A stretch of DNA of 64,000 bases, taken from Lama guanicoe (lineage: Eukaryota). A model generated the notes under the pieces. That model worked only from the letters and a program-made list of their open reading frames with translations, had not been told where the DNA came from and did not search any database. Below are positions 41,690-53,943 of this stretch, one piece after another (the first letter of the stretch is position 1; each line of letters begins with the position of its first letter). The DNA lies in assembly GCA_013239625.1 (NCBI GenBank), contig MU053561.1, forward strand, positions 622,826 through 686,825. The letters run 5' to 3'. A program made the position numbers and the translations under genes.

Positions 41690-41892
41690 GCCACTGGTGT
41701 CTGAGCAGGACAGTTCTCTCTGAGACGGCTCCAAGCATTTTAGGACATTCAGCATCCCTGGCCCCTGAGCACTAAATATCTCCAGTACCCACCTTCCAGT
41801 CATTATGTCAATTAGAAGAAAACCAAAAACACAAATCCTAAAACCAAATGCTCATGAAGAGAGAAGTTACCATCATTAGTTGAGAAACACCA
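41690..41892. mobile_element. MER3/MER5-like hAT DNA transposon relic
   Basis: ggacattcagcatccctggccc...gttgagaaacac end. Confidence 0.5.
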
Positions 41893-42429
41893 TTTTATCA
41901 ACTTGCTGGGATTCTAGGCTTTGCTAAAAACATAAACATGTTTATGAGCTCTGCTTTACAGTCTTCTCATTTTTGACGGCAATTCACCTGCATGTGACTT
42001 CAAGACATTCATGTTTGTCCTGCTGTCTGTGGTTATGGAAGACGATGTTTCTCCTCCTCCCTCTTCCGTCCTCTGGTTTACCTCCATCTCCCCAGCCCCT
42101 CCATGCTTCTGCTCTGACAGAAATTCTCTGTTCTTCAGAGTCCATGAATATTCCTTCAAAGACACCCAGAACCACATCCAACAAGCCTGATGTGATCTGA
42201 GCAGAGTAAGTGGGACCCTCTTTCCCGTAATCAGAAATTGCACTTGCTTTGGTAGCAGATGTGTCATGTTTGTACTTTGTGCTTAATTTTTGTCTGGAAC
42301 ATTCCCTCCCTGCTCTCTCCTGCAGCCACTGGGCCCAGGAAAGGCGAGCAAGAAGAAAGGGCCACCTCTCCTGCTCTTTAGATGGCTGGCTTTCAGTTGC
42401 GAATCAGGAAAAGAGCTGTAAACACTTAC

Positions 42430-42499
42430 CTGTAAGGGTCATGGAAGTGTGGAACTCATTTTTTAAGATGTTCAAAACTTCCTCAACACCATGTTCACC
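42430..42499 (-). CDS. HAO2: HAO2 coding exon 6 (70 nt)
   Basis: gcag|GGTGAACAT...CTTACAG|gtaagt; GEHGVEEVLNILKNEFHTSMTLT. Confidence 0.93.
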
Positions 42500-42858
42500 C
42501 TGCTCCCGAGACAGAGACAGAGAGGAGAGAGACAAAACGAGGCATGATGGAACATTCTGACCATGTGCTGAGTATAAATTTCAGGTGAGCTCAGAGCTGT
42601 GATGGGGAGGATGGAGCCATGAAATCAGAACTATGCTGGGAATAAAGGAAGGCAAAGAGGAGAACATAGGCATGAGAGCCTTTAAAATTTTGCAACACGA
42701 TACAGAGGAAGCAAAGAGGGGTGGAGGAGGTGTCACAGTCCTTTAGGAAACTGTGGCACCTCAAAAAACAGCTGAGCTTGGGGGTCAAACCACAGAAATG
42801 CGTGGAAAGGAATGGGCAGCATGGTATCTTCTGGTGGTTTTCCCTTTGCCACTCTCAC

Positions 42859-43017
42859 CTTGTAGGCAAGACCCCACAGGATCGGTCTCCCCAGAAAAAT
42901 GCACTTGGCTCCAAGGGCCAGAGCCTTTAGCACATCATTGCCGGTTCGGACCCCACCATCCACGTACACTTCGATTTTCCCCTTCACAGCAGCCACCACT
43001 TCCATCAAGGCATCGAT
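42859..43017 (-). CDS. HAO2: HAO2 coding exon 5 (159 nt)
   Basis: ttgcag|ATCGAT...TACAAG|gtgaga; IDALMEVV...DGGVRTGNDVLKALALGA...GRP (FMN-binding motif). Confidence 0.95.
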
Positions 43018-44582
43018 CTGCAAAGGAGAGACAAGAGTGGCTCGAGGGATTCCTGTTTTGACCCTCAGGGCATCATGGGACAGCGCCCCCTCCACATGGG
43101 CTGGTACCAGGAGGTCCAAGTCGGGGCGATGGCTGACAGTTCCTCCCCTCCCTGCTTGAGGATGCTGGTGCCTATCAAAGCAGTGCGGCCACAATCCCAA
43201 GGCTCAAGGACCTTCTCCGGGCTCTCCCTCCTGCCATCTTCTGATCGGACAGAGCTCAGATGTCTACAGCTTGGAACAACCTCTTGGTTCCTCATCACAT
43301 CCCCAAGGGGACATTTTCCATTTAGAGTGTTCACTTTAATGCTCTTCTTTTTAAAGAATATCTTGACTTTTGGTTTTTTTCCACCTTATCTCTTTCTGGG
43401 GTGGCAGAGCTAGAGATGTTTTCTATCGCTTAGACCATGCGTCTTTTTGGCAAAACAAGCACAATCAGTCATGACCCCAGTGTCTGGACCGCAGCCTGTT
43501 CTGTGTAAATGGGTCCTACCTCATTTTGAAGACACCATACTTGAGCAGCTTGTTCCTGACTCCCTTGGGGGTTGTCTAAGACAGGGGATAGGAATGCAGC
43601 AGTAACACTGTAAAAGGAGGGTTGAAGCCTTTGAAAGACAAAATAAAAACAGCTGATCACTTTGGCCTGGTCTCCACTGGCTCTTTCCTCTCACCGTGTC
43701 TCTCCCATTTCAGGCTCTGTGGCCAATAGACCTTGTGGACCTAAGATGCCCCAGACCGAGCCGTGCTCCTGGGTATCTCCAAGTCTGTAAGGAGGAGTCA
43801 CAGCCGAGTCTGGGAGGAGGGGCCTTCAGGAAAGGGTTCTGGAACTGCCTCGGGGCTCCTGTTCTCTGCCTCTTTGAGGAATGACCAGGGAAAAAGAGCA
43901 AAAACTGGGCCCTGCGGGGACTTCTGCTGCTTAAGGAGTCAATCAGCCTCACCCCGCTTCACGCCTTTTCTTTTTCTTTCCCAAAATTCCATCTATGATG
44001 GATATAAATTCGTAAGTCAAGGGGGAAAATTACACTATCCCAAATTTTTAACAAAGGATTCATAGAACATATTTAAGTTTTATTGTGAAAGATAGTTGTT
44101 TATTAGCTTAAATGTGGCACTGTTTCTTCCTGGAATGTGTCATATGAGAAAATATGAGGTTATTATATAATCCATGCAGACAGGCAAGCTTCTCACTGAA
44201 CACTCCTTCCAGATGGCTGGAGACCTCAGTGCCTGGGGCACAACTCCTCTGTCAAATTCCAGCTTGACCACTTACTGACTGTGTGAACTCAGACAAGTTA
44301 CTTGACATCTCTGAACTCCAGTATCCTCATCTGTAAACTAAGGATAATGATGCCTACCCTGTAGGACTGTTGTGAGATTTAGAGATGACATATGTCAAGT
44401 TTTAAAAAATAACCTGGCATATACTAGGCTATTAGTAATAATTAAAAGTCCTTACAATTCACAGGTATAAACCAACATAGGTGGTTAGGGAGAGGGGAGT
44501 GTGTATCGAATGACAGAGAGTACCTCGCTGTGGATGCACACACAACTCACAAACACACTCACTCTGAAGGCATCCTACTCAC

Positions 44583-44792
44583 GGAAGCAGGAACGTCGTC
44601 GAGCTGCCTCCCGCCATGGTTGGAAACAATGATGCCCTGGACATTGTGCTTCACAGCTAACTCTGCGTCCTCTTTTGTCAAGATCCCCTTCAGGATGATG
44701 GGCAATCGAGTCAGGCTCTGAAACCAGGAGAGATCATCCCAGCAGATGGCTGAGTCAATGGGGGTCATCTGGAGATAAGGCGCTGAGTTTCC
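44583..44792 (-). CDS. HAO2: HAO2 coding exon 4 (210 nt)
   Basis: cacag|GGAAAC...GCTTCC|gtgagt; contains catalytic SNHGGRQLD. Confidence 0.95.
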
Positions 44793-44956
44793 CTGTGGGG
44801 GATATAAGAGAACCTTAGTGCTGAATTCCTTCAAGACTCCCATTCCAAAGATGGGACACCATCTGAAGAGCCACCATTTATAAGCTTAAAAAAGGAGGCA
44901 GAAAATCCAACACTACTAGCTCCTTTTCCTGACAAATTTTCTGTAGAAGAATTTCT

Positions 44957-45063
44957 CCGTAGGGGGAGGGTATAGCTCAGTGGTAAAGTGTGTGCTTAGC
45001 ATGCATGAGGTCCTGGGTTCAATTCCCAGTACCTCCATTAAAAAAATTAATTAATTAATAAAC
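44957..45063 (+). mobile_element. tRNA-derived SINE (Vic-1-like) with TSD
   Basis: TSD agaagaatttct at 44945-44956 and 45064-45075. Confidence 0.9.
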
Positions 45064-46103
45064 AGAAGAATTTCTACTTCAATTGCTTATTTATTTACCA
45101 TTATTTGTGTCCATGCTCAATAGTTACGCCAGGATCTGGGCACACAAAGGCAGATGAGACACAGCCCTAACAACAACAACAACAAAACCTCAGAGTGTAG
45201 TAAGTGAGGTGGAAAAGCGAGAGCATGTGTAGGCCGATGTGATGTGTTACGGGGGAGACAGGCACTGGGTACCAGAAACTAAGCAATAATTCAATCATTC
45301 TGAATCTGAGATTACCCAATTTGTATCTTGACTCTCCATGTGAATCAAATATCTATAGACCCCAATATATCCCTGGAATCTGAGATAGATTCCAGGAAAC
45401 CTCAAGGCCAATTTGTAGTTAATGAGTAGAATGGCTGAGGCACTTGGCTGGGGATCACAGCTGCCCATTCACTGAAAAGGCTGGTGTTACCATCTGTAAT
45501 GAAGCCAAGGGATGCCAGCTTCACCATGGCTTTCTCTCTCTGGGCACTCCATCCCATCTGACTGTAAGTTCCTTCTGTAGTCATCTCATCCAAGCAAGTG
45601 TGCTGTGGCACTCTAGTGCCACGTGGATGAGTTCTAGACGTGCAGAGATAGTGCCCCCTCAGTTTTCAACACTCCAAGGGCTGTTCATCTTGGCTATAAG
45701 CATCCTCTTCAGAGGGTCTGTTTATCTCAGTGTGCCAGCCAAAATGATCTTCTGCTAAGTGTGCCATAAAGTAGAAAATACTGGGAGAACTTTTTAGTTC
45801 AATCTCCTATTTCGTGAAAAAAATCTTTCCTTAGCTTTCCTATTTCTCGGCACCCAGCCCCAGCCAGAACATTTTTGGTGACAGGTGGGGCAGCTCCAGG
45901 GCTGAGAACATCTGGCCTTATATGCTGCTTGTCTGGAAGTTCTGGGTAGCAGAAATGACAGCTGCCTTTGGGATGGCTGCATCCCTAGCGCCCAGCGCAG
46001 GACAGGCACTCAGTGACTTCCTGTGGAAAGAAAGAAGAGAGGAGAGAGGGATGGAAGTCTGCCTCCTGTGACACCTGTGCATTGGCTCGGGTATCTTTCC
46101 TAC

Positions 46104-46378
46104 CTTCTCAGGTAATCCAAGATTTTTCAGCAGTAAGCTCTTCTTTAGGTCCATAACGTTGTATCGTCTGTTGCCAATTTTGGGTACATCCACAGTGATC
46201 ACCAGAGCTTTGAAACCCAGGGATTCTACCTTTTGGATCAGCTGTTTGTTTAGCTGCCGATTTGGCTGCACATACAGTTGGTACCACCGCAGGCCCTCGG
46301 GGGCAGCAGCAACAATGTCTTCAAGGCTGCAGCTGGCATACGTGCTGGTGATGTAGCAGACACCAGCTGCTCGGGCAG
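46104..46378 (-). CDS. HAO2: HAO2 coding exon 3 (275 nt)
   Basis: ttgcag|CTGCCCGA...GAGAAG|gtagga; CYITSTYASCSLED...WYQLY...TVDVPKIGNR. Confidence 0.93.
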
Positions 46379-47394
46379 CTGCAAAGCAAGTAACACAACT
46401 CAGATTGAGGAGCAGACACATTCTGCTCTGGGGTGAGAAGCCCTAGAGATCTGTGCTGCCTATGGCTGCCTTGCCCTTTGAGTGAGGGTACCACCGGCCT
46501 GCATTTTGCTTTCCTGTAGGGCCGGCATAGCAGGTATATTTCATCAAGACTAGCAGACCTAAAGCTGTCTGGGTCCTCCTCCCAATACCCGCCTTACAAA
46601 CTCTGCCCTCGGTATCCAAAAAATTTCCAGCTAGAGATGACATTAAGTCCCCAGAACCATTTTGGGCCTGTTGTGGCTTTCAGATAGGAACTGGGCTTCT
46701 TGTGAACTCATCAATGAAGCAGAAGGGAACTAAAATGGACCAAGGATGAGAAAATGTAATTCCAATGGAGAAGGCTGAGCTACATTGTAGAAAAAGCATG
46801 ACATTTGGAATTAGAAGAATGCTGGTTCCACCAGTTCTTGGCTGCGTGGCCTTGAGCATCATTTTCTTTATCTTTAAAAGGAAATACTAATATCTCTCTT
46901 ATAGGGTTGCAAGATGGGATACCAGCTAGGGGAGCAGTTTTTTTTGTTTGTTTGTTTGAATTTACGAAGTGAAGTATTGTACAAATGCTAGTGCTTATGA
47001 GACTGACAATGACAAGCGCTGCTTAATTCTCATTTCTTCTTTTAGTCATTCTCAGTGGGATTCTCCAGAGGGTTCATGTCACAACCATCCTACAATCCAG
47101 GGGCAGAGAATTCAACCTAATCAGAAATTAATATTTTCCATTCCTAATGTCAGCAGGAGATACCCCCATCCTCTCACCCCACAACACACTCAACCAGGAA
47201 GATTTAGTAAAGTAGTCATATTCACACAGGGTATTCATATTTCAGCTTGGCCAGACCTGGGTCCTAACCAGATGGATGCCACTCTCAGCTCTAGAATCCT
47301 TGGATTCTAGATTCTAGATTCACTGCTTCCTATATCACAGAATCAAAGGAAAAGAGCTCAGGGAAGCCCTGGGCATCTTGAAAAAAACCAGACT

Positions 47395-47519
47395 GGGGGT
47401 GTGTAGCTCAAGTGGTAGGGCGCATGCTTGGCATGCATGGAGTCCTGGGTTCAATCCCCAGCATCTGCATTAAAAAATAATAATAAATGAATAAACCTAA
47501 TTACTCCCCCCCCCAAAAA
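47395..47519 (+). mobile_element. tRNA-derived SINE (Vic-1-like)
   Basis: tRNA-Ala-like head followed by A-rich tail and aaacctaattactcccccc. Confidence 0.85.
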
Positions 47520-48236
47520 CTCCCCAGATTTGGCTGAGGGTGAAGCTTACAATGAGTCACAGGAATATTTTGACCCTCTTCCCCCTCCTTCTCCCCTCCT
47601 TTCCTCTCCCTCTCCTCCCCCTTCCCTTTGCTTCTCATTATTATTTTTTGATGGTAGTGGATGAGGGAAAAGAATGAGGGGGTACTAGGAAGGCAACAGA
47701 GCCCAGTGAGAAACTTTTTGTCAAATAAGATGGTCAAATCAACTGAGGAGAAGGGAAATGGAACATCTGGACAAGAACACCTGCCAGGGCTTTGCATCAG
47801 GGCCCAATGTCATGACTCTCCTCATCCTAAATCCAGAGACTCACCATTCAGCCCCAGCCCTGGCCCACGAGAGTGCAAAGAGAGCCTTGCCCTTGGGGCC
47901 ACACTGAGCATCCCTTCCCCACAATGGTGTATCCGAGGGGCCTGTGCCCCTCTTCTGTGGGCTGGCTTGGTGGGATCTTCACACCCTCCTATTCCTCTGT
48001 AGCTCCCTCCCACTCTGATCATTCTTTATTATGGAAAACTGGCATTTTCTCACTCTTAGGTGAAATGTTACGCAAACACAGTTTTAAGCATTCCTTTTAC
48101 TACCCTTCATTCCAGCCAGATTGCTGGCTGTGAACCCTTTAACGGAGAAGTTCTGGAGCTGCTTGCCGCTGCTCTGAAGGACACCTCCGCACACGTTAGG
48201 GCCCCAGGGAAGGGAGCCTCGAGGTGGGGTCTGTAC

Positions 48237-48388
48237 CTCTGGCTGTGCTCATCTCTCCATCAGGCCAGGCCAAGCAGTGGAAACCCGTGGGCGCGATGCA
48301 GATGGGGGCACTGATCTGCTCCCCTTGGATCGTGGTCCGCATGTCCACCTTTGACACATCTTTGAGGTACCGGGGACGGAGGCGGATT
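48237..48388 (-). CDS. HAO2: HAO2 coding exon 2 (152 nt)
   Basis: gcacag|AATCCGC...GCCAGAG|gtacag; IRLRPRYLKDVS...APTGFHCLAWPDGE. Confidence 0.95.
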
Positions 48389-49283
48389 CTGTGCTGGACA
48401 ATAATGAGATTTTCTATTGGAGGAATGACTCTCCAGCATGGAGGGGCTGCCGGGTGCTGAGACCTCCAGATTCCTGGCACAGATTTAGATCAGACTGAGT
48501 CCCAAGAAACTGCTGTTTGAGGGTGTGGGTAGCTGATCAGGCAGCATAGACAAGCTGGAGGCTCCCTTCCTCCAGGAAGCCTCTCCCAACACCCTGTCCC
48601 ACATTTACCCCATTAACCCTGCCTTCTCTAAGCCCCCAGTGCACATGTGGTCCACAAAGTTCCTTGATTTTCCCCGTCAGTGGTCTGTGTCTTGGAGCCA
48701 TGCTTCCCTGACCAGGCTCTCTGCACTTGTATGCTTTGATGGATTCATCATAACAAGGACTAGAAAGTAAGAGAATAAGTGGGGAGGATTCCAGGCTCTT
48801 CCTTCTTAGGTTGGAAACAAGTTTCTGTAATGTAAGAAAAGGTCACTGAACGAGGACAAATTCCAGAGAATGATCATGATTTTTTTTTTGCTAGAAGCTA
48901 ATTCACTTGAAAATGTAACTTAAATATGACTTTAGAGGAAGGTATGGCAATTGAGAAATAGTAAATATGTGAAACATACATTTAAGTGCAATAGGTACTT
49001 AGCCTCAGGGTCCCAAAATGCTTGTTTCTCACAAGATATTATTGTTTCTGTACAGAAACTGAGAAAGGTTTTTCTGGAAATACTAATTGTGCAAACTTGG
49101 GGAAGACAGCATTAGTTACTTCATCTGTGAAATGGGCATAATAATCCAACTTTCCTAAGAGTCCTGAAGACAAAACGAGATAAAGCAATTAAAGTGCCTA
49201 GTATAGCATTAAAGATGTAGGAGAATACAGAAGACAGTGACCACCTTGCACTCCTTTTTTCAGTTTTCTCCTGACTTCTGTAT

Positions 49284-49707
49284 CACGGGGTCAGTATACG
49301 TTTTCTGTAAAGGACCAGATAGTAAATACTTTAGGCTTTGTGGACATGCAGTCTTTGTCACAATTACTCAGCTCGGCTGTTGTAATGCCAAAGCAGCCAT
49401 GACAATGTGTAGATGACTGAGCTTGGCTCTGTTCTAGTAAAACTTCATTTATGGGCACTGACATTTGAATTTCATATGATTTGGACATGTTACAATTCTT
49501 CTTCTTTTGATTTTTTTTCAACCATTTAAAAATGAAAAAAGAAAAAAGTTAAAAACAAAAAGAAAAAAGTTAAAATATAAATAAGAAAATAATTTTTTTA
49601 AATGTTTTAAAAAATGGAAACAAAAAACCCTCATCCTTAGCTTGTGGACCATCCAAAAATCGGTAGTGGGCCCCACCTGGCCTGTGCACTGCTGTTTACT
49701 GACCCAT
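49284..49707. mobile_element. MER58B-like hAT-Charlie DNA transposon relic
   Basis: ggggtcag...ttttctgtaaaggaccagatagtaaatactttaggctttgtgg...tttactgaccc. Confidence 0.75.
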
Positions 49708-50200
49708 ATTTTACCTGCTACTGCCCCAGTCCAACTCTTCTCCATGAATCAGTCTTCTTTCATCCCCAAGACTCCTTGGGTCTCCACATTTCCTCCAGCC
49801 TTGAGCCCTCTCTCCTGTTATACCTCCAAGTGGGAAGTTAGGAGCTCAGGGGCTTTAGGTCTACCCAGCCAGCTTCTCTTCCCCGCCCAGGTGGCTGGAG
49901 ACACTGGGACTCACGTCCTATCTTCTCAGGTGGCAAAGTCACCACGATGCAGCAGGAGAGGGCTAGTTCACTGGTGCTAGTTCTGCAGCAGCACTAAGAT
50001 AAATTCTCTCTCTCCATCCTCTCCCCAGTCACCTGCATCCCCTGCCAACAAACCCTTCCCCACAAACAACAACAAAAAACCATTATTCTGAGTTGAGTAC
50101 TGTTACATTCTTTGGAAGCAGAAATCAGGACTGCTACCTTCCAAAGAGCTCTCAACCAGTGCACATTAGCTTAGCATAGAAAGGATACGGATAACCAGAC

Positions 50201-50331
50201 TTTTTAAATGCTGCGATGTTGTCATCCCTCGTGAAGCCATCATCAGCTCCTCCTTCAATATAATCCCAAGTTGACTTAGACAGCCGCTCCCGTGCATGGG
50301 CCTGAAAGTCTGCCAAACACAGCAAGGGCAT
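50201..50331 (-). CDS. HAO2: HAO2 (long-chain L-2-hydroxyacid oxidase 2) coding exon 1 (131 nt; exon begins 50338); total CDS 1053 nt, 350 aa
   Basis: ttttaaag|GTCCAGAATG; MPLLCLADFQAHARERLSKSTWDYIEGGADDGFTRDDNIAAFK; all seven exon phases join without a stop. Confidence 0.93.
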
Positions 50332-50680
50332 TCTGGACCTTTAAAAGAAAAACCAAAACCACTCAAACAAAACCCAGTAAGAAAGGCTTCAGATATAGAG
50401 GAGAGGGTGAAGGAGGGGCTACAGAACGAAGCTGTTTGGATTCCACACGAACCCCCCCTGTAATCTTTATCTCAAAGGAGGTTCTGCCAAAGATGCTGGT
50501 TGTAGCCAGAAAGCAGGGAGTCATGCTTCACGCCTCCATTCCCCAGCCCCATCTCCAACTCCTGCTCACTTGGTTTTCTAAATATCTCTCACGTCTGTCC
50601 CCTCCTCTCTAGATCTAGTTGACTTGCCTCAGACCTAGTCGGGGCCCCACCATCTCTGATGAGTCTTACAAAAATTTCTT

Positions 50681-51316
50681 TTTTTTTTTTTACATTTTTT
50701 ATTGATTTATAATCATTTTACAATGTTGTGTCAAATTCCAGTGTAGAGCACAATTTTTCAAATATACATGAACATATATATATTCATTATCACATTTTTT
50801 TCTCTGTGAACTACCATAAGATCTTGTATATATTCCCCTGTGCTATACAGTATAATCTTGTTTATCTATTCTACAACTTTGAAATCCCAGTCTATCTCTT
50901 CCCACCCCCCACCCCCTTGGCAACCACGAGTTTGTATTCTATGTCTATGAGTCTATTTCTGTTTTGTATTTATGCTTTGTTTGTTTTTTTGTTTGTTTGT
51001 TTGTTTTTTAGGTTCCACATATGAGCGATCTCATATGGTATTTTTCTTTCGCTTTCTGGCTTACTTCACTTAGAACAACATTCTCCAGGAGCATCCATGT
51101 TGCTGTGAATGGTGTTATGTTGTCGGTTTTTATGGCTGAGTAGTATTCCATTGTATAAATATACCACATCTTCTTTATCAGTCATCTGTTGATGGACATT
51201 TAGGCTGTTTCCATGTCTTGGCTATTGTAAACAATGCTGCTATGAACATTGGGGTGCATGTGTCATCTTGAAGTAGGGTTCCTTCTGGATATATGCCCAG
51301 GAGTGGGATTCCTGGG
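50681..51316 (-). mobile_element. 5'-truncated young L1 with TSD
   Basis: Poly(T) tail, L1 3' UTR/ORF2 end; TSD aaaaatttctt at 50670-50680 and 51317-51327. Confidence 0.9.
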
Positions 51317-52570
51317 AAAAATTTCTTATCTTTGTCCCTTGGCCTCCAGATTCACTCTCCATCTCGTCTCCCTCCAGCTACCCAGAGATCATTCTAAAAT
51401 GCCAGTCTGATCACAGCTCTTGTCTTTCAAGGGCCTGTATCACCGCATCCACAGCTTTCCAGGACCTGGCTCCTGACCCAGCATTTCTTGATGACTTTTT
51501 CTTGTCATTTGAGTCACTGTGAGCATATCCTAAACTCCCTGGAGGGTGATTTCATATCTCTGTGCCCCTTTTCGGAGGAGATCCAATAAAGTGAGAAAAC
51601 TGGGTCTGAGCTGACACAAATACCTGCAAGTTCCCAAGAATCTCCGGATGTCTGAGTTACGAGGGGCTGGAGTGGATTACCAGGGAGGAAGCTGACTTTT
51701 TGTGATTCCTTGGCTAGGTCATTAAACATGGGACCCAGAAGACTTTGGAGACCAAGAAGACAACATATGCTCCCCCATTTGTTCCCATCTCCAACCTGAA
51801 CCCTGTAAACCTGGAGCTTGGTACTGCTGCTACCACCACTCCTCAAAGAGGAAAGAGGGCAGGGCTGGGTAAATCCCTCTAGTGGGGGCAAGGGCAGTGG
51901 GAGCAGCAGGTGCAGAGCTGGCTGAGGGTGCTGGTTACTGTCAGCCTCAGCCAGTAAAGCTTCTGTATAAGACGACTCCACGAGGACAGGCAGACAAATC
52001 TGTATTTTATAGCTCCAAGCATCTCTCCAGCAGTTGGCAAGGGGATAAAAATTAGCCAAAGACTGGAAGTAGAAACTAACTGACTTTTAAGTTTTTGTTT
52101 GAGGGGATAAGCCCCAGGAACTAAGGCTTCAAACATGATTGGGGCAGCAAACAAGGGGGCCCAGGAGGCCAGATGAAATGTAGGGCGTTAGGAATCTTGG
52201 TAAGGGTAAGGCTGTGTCAAAATCCAGTCAAGTCAAAGAGAAAAGTGGCCCCAAACACCCACCTTAAGGGCTAAGCAGAAAGAAGTGACATGACAGGCAG
52301 AAGACAGAGCCCCTGGGATGCACCGTGAGTTCTAGAAAGAGGCTACGAGGTGAGTTTGGAAATCAGCCACAGAGCTCTTTATAAGCACCACACCTTGTCA
52401 GTGGGTGGGCAGGGAGCAACTGAGGTGCTGAATTGAGTTTGACAAAGTACCATAACTATGTCGAATTTATCTCATTCCTATCTGACCCTTTGAAGGCTGG
52501 GTAACTATAATCAGATGAATTAATCATTGTATTTAACCATCTGTACTGTCATAAGTTATTTAAACCACTG

Positions 52571-53121
52571 TGTGCATAAAAGGGTTAACAGCACGCCAAA
52601 GAATGCTAGTCCTCCAAAGGCCTGCTTACAATGTTAGACCTTGGCTGGAGTCCGGGATCTTGGGTTTCGGGAGGGTTCCCACCATTTCCTGATAAGAACG
52701 GCTCACTGTGTCTAAACTGGCTATGCAAACAATGTGCGCTATGTTGGACATCTGCTTTCCCTCTGAGAGTCTAGAATTTTGGTATGGGTTAGGCAGAGAG
52801 TGTCCATTTGACCAGATTCCAGTAAAAAAAAAAAAAAAACCTTGGGCACCAAGTCTCTGAAATGAGCTTCCCTGATAGGGTGACATTTCACACGTGTGGT
52901 CCCAACTGCTGGCTGGAGGGATTAAGGGCATGCTGTGCAGTTCTGCTGGGAGAGGACTTCTGAAAGCATATGCTTGGTTTCCTCTAGATTTTTCCCTTGA
53001 GTGTTTTCCCTTTGCTAATTTCACTTTGCATTCTTTCGCTACAATAAATCACAGACTCAACTACACGCTGTGTCCTGTGAGTCTCCCTCACGAATCACAG
53101 AACCTGGGACCCCCCAACACA
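52571..53121 (+). mobile_element. MER68-like ERV solo LTR in HAO2 intron 1
   Basis: TG...CA termini; tgtgcataaaagggttaac..., gggagggttcccacc, AATAAA near the 3' end, ...ggacccccca acaca. Confidence 0.75.
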
Positions 53122-53911
53122 CGGCTTGTCCCCAGGCAGTAGGATAGCATGTGACACTGACTTGCTGATCATAAATGTTCATTATTTGAATTTAACATTC
53201 CCCTGGGTGTCATCGCTCTGCCTCGTTGGATGAAAGTTCTCCACCGAGTTTCTCCTTCTGATGTCTCAACAAACCCACATACCTGTACATTACACACTCA
53301 CAGAAAGGTTCTTCATCAGATTTCTAGCATTAAAAACTCAACAATGTTGGTATCTAATCCAAGAGAAATAGTACAGACTCACTCAGAGTTACTTGCCTGG
53401 AATAGTATGAATTCTCTCATCTGAAAGCTGCTTGGAAATAAATCAATAACCCAGCATGTTTAGATAGGTCAGACACTATTTTATTGCATTTCTATCTACT
53501 ATTTTCATTCCGTTTCCCTGTGAAGTAGACAGGGAAGGTATCAGTCTCTTTGTGTTGCATTTGAAGAGAATGGGGCTTAGGAAACAAAATAACTCATGAA
53601 AGATCAGGCAGGGGAAAGCTCAGGATCCTGTCTTCTGGTAGTCTCTAAAAATAGACATTTTCCCTTTTCAATTTCATGGTGCAGAGCAAAACAGTTGGTT
53701 CTTATAAATGACTTGTTATATTGAATTGAAAAGAATTTTGTAAGATATAAATACAATTACGATGCCCCCTTTTTTTCTTTTCATGGCATAGGTAAAGCTT
53801 AGTGGAGTCCTGAGCCCATTATTCTCACTAGAGATCCAATATAAGGTTCATAGTTGAAGGGGACACCTTTGTTGTTCAGTTTTCTCTGGGTTTGGAAGGG
53901 AGACTAAGCAC

Positions 53912-53943
<32 letters not shown>

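Noticed and set aside
47395..47470. tRNA-Ala-like sequences (also 31882, 44961 and others) as tRNA genes
   Set aside because: Followed by SINE tails and flanked by TSDs, with mismatched stems; these are SINE heads
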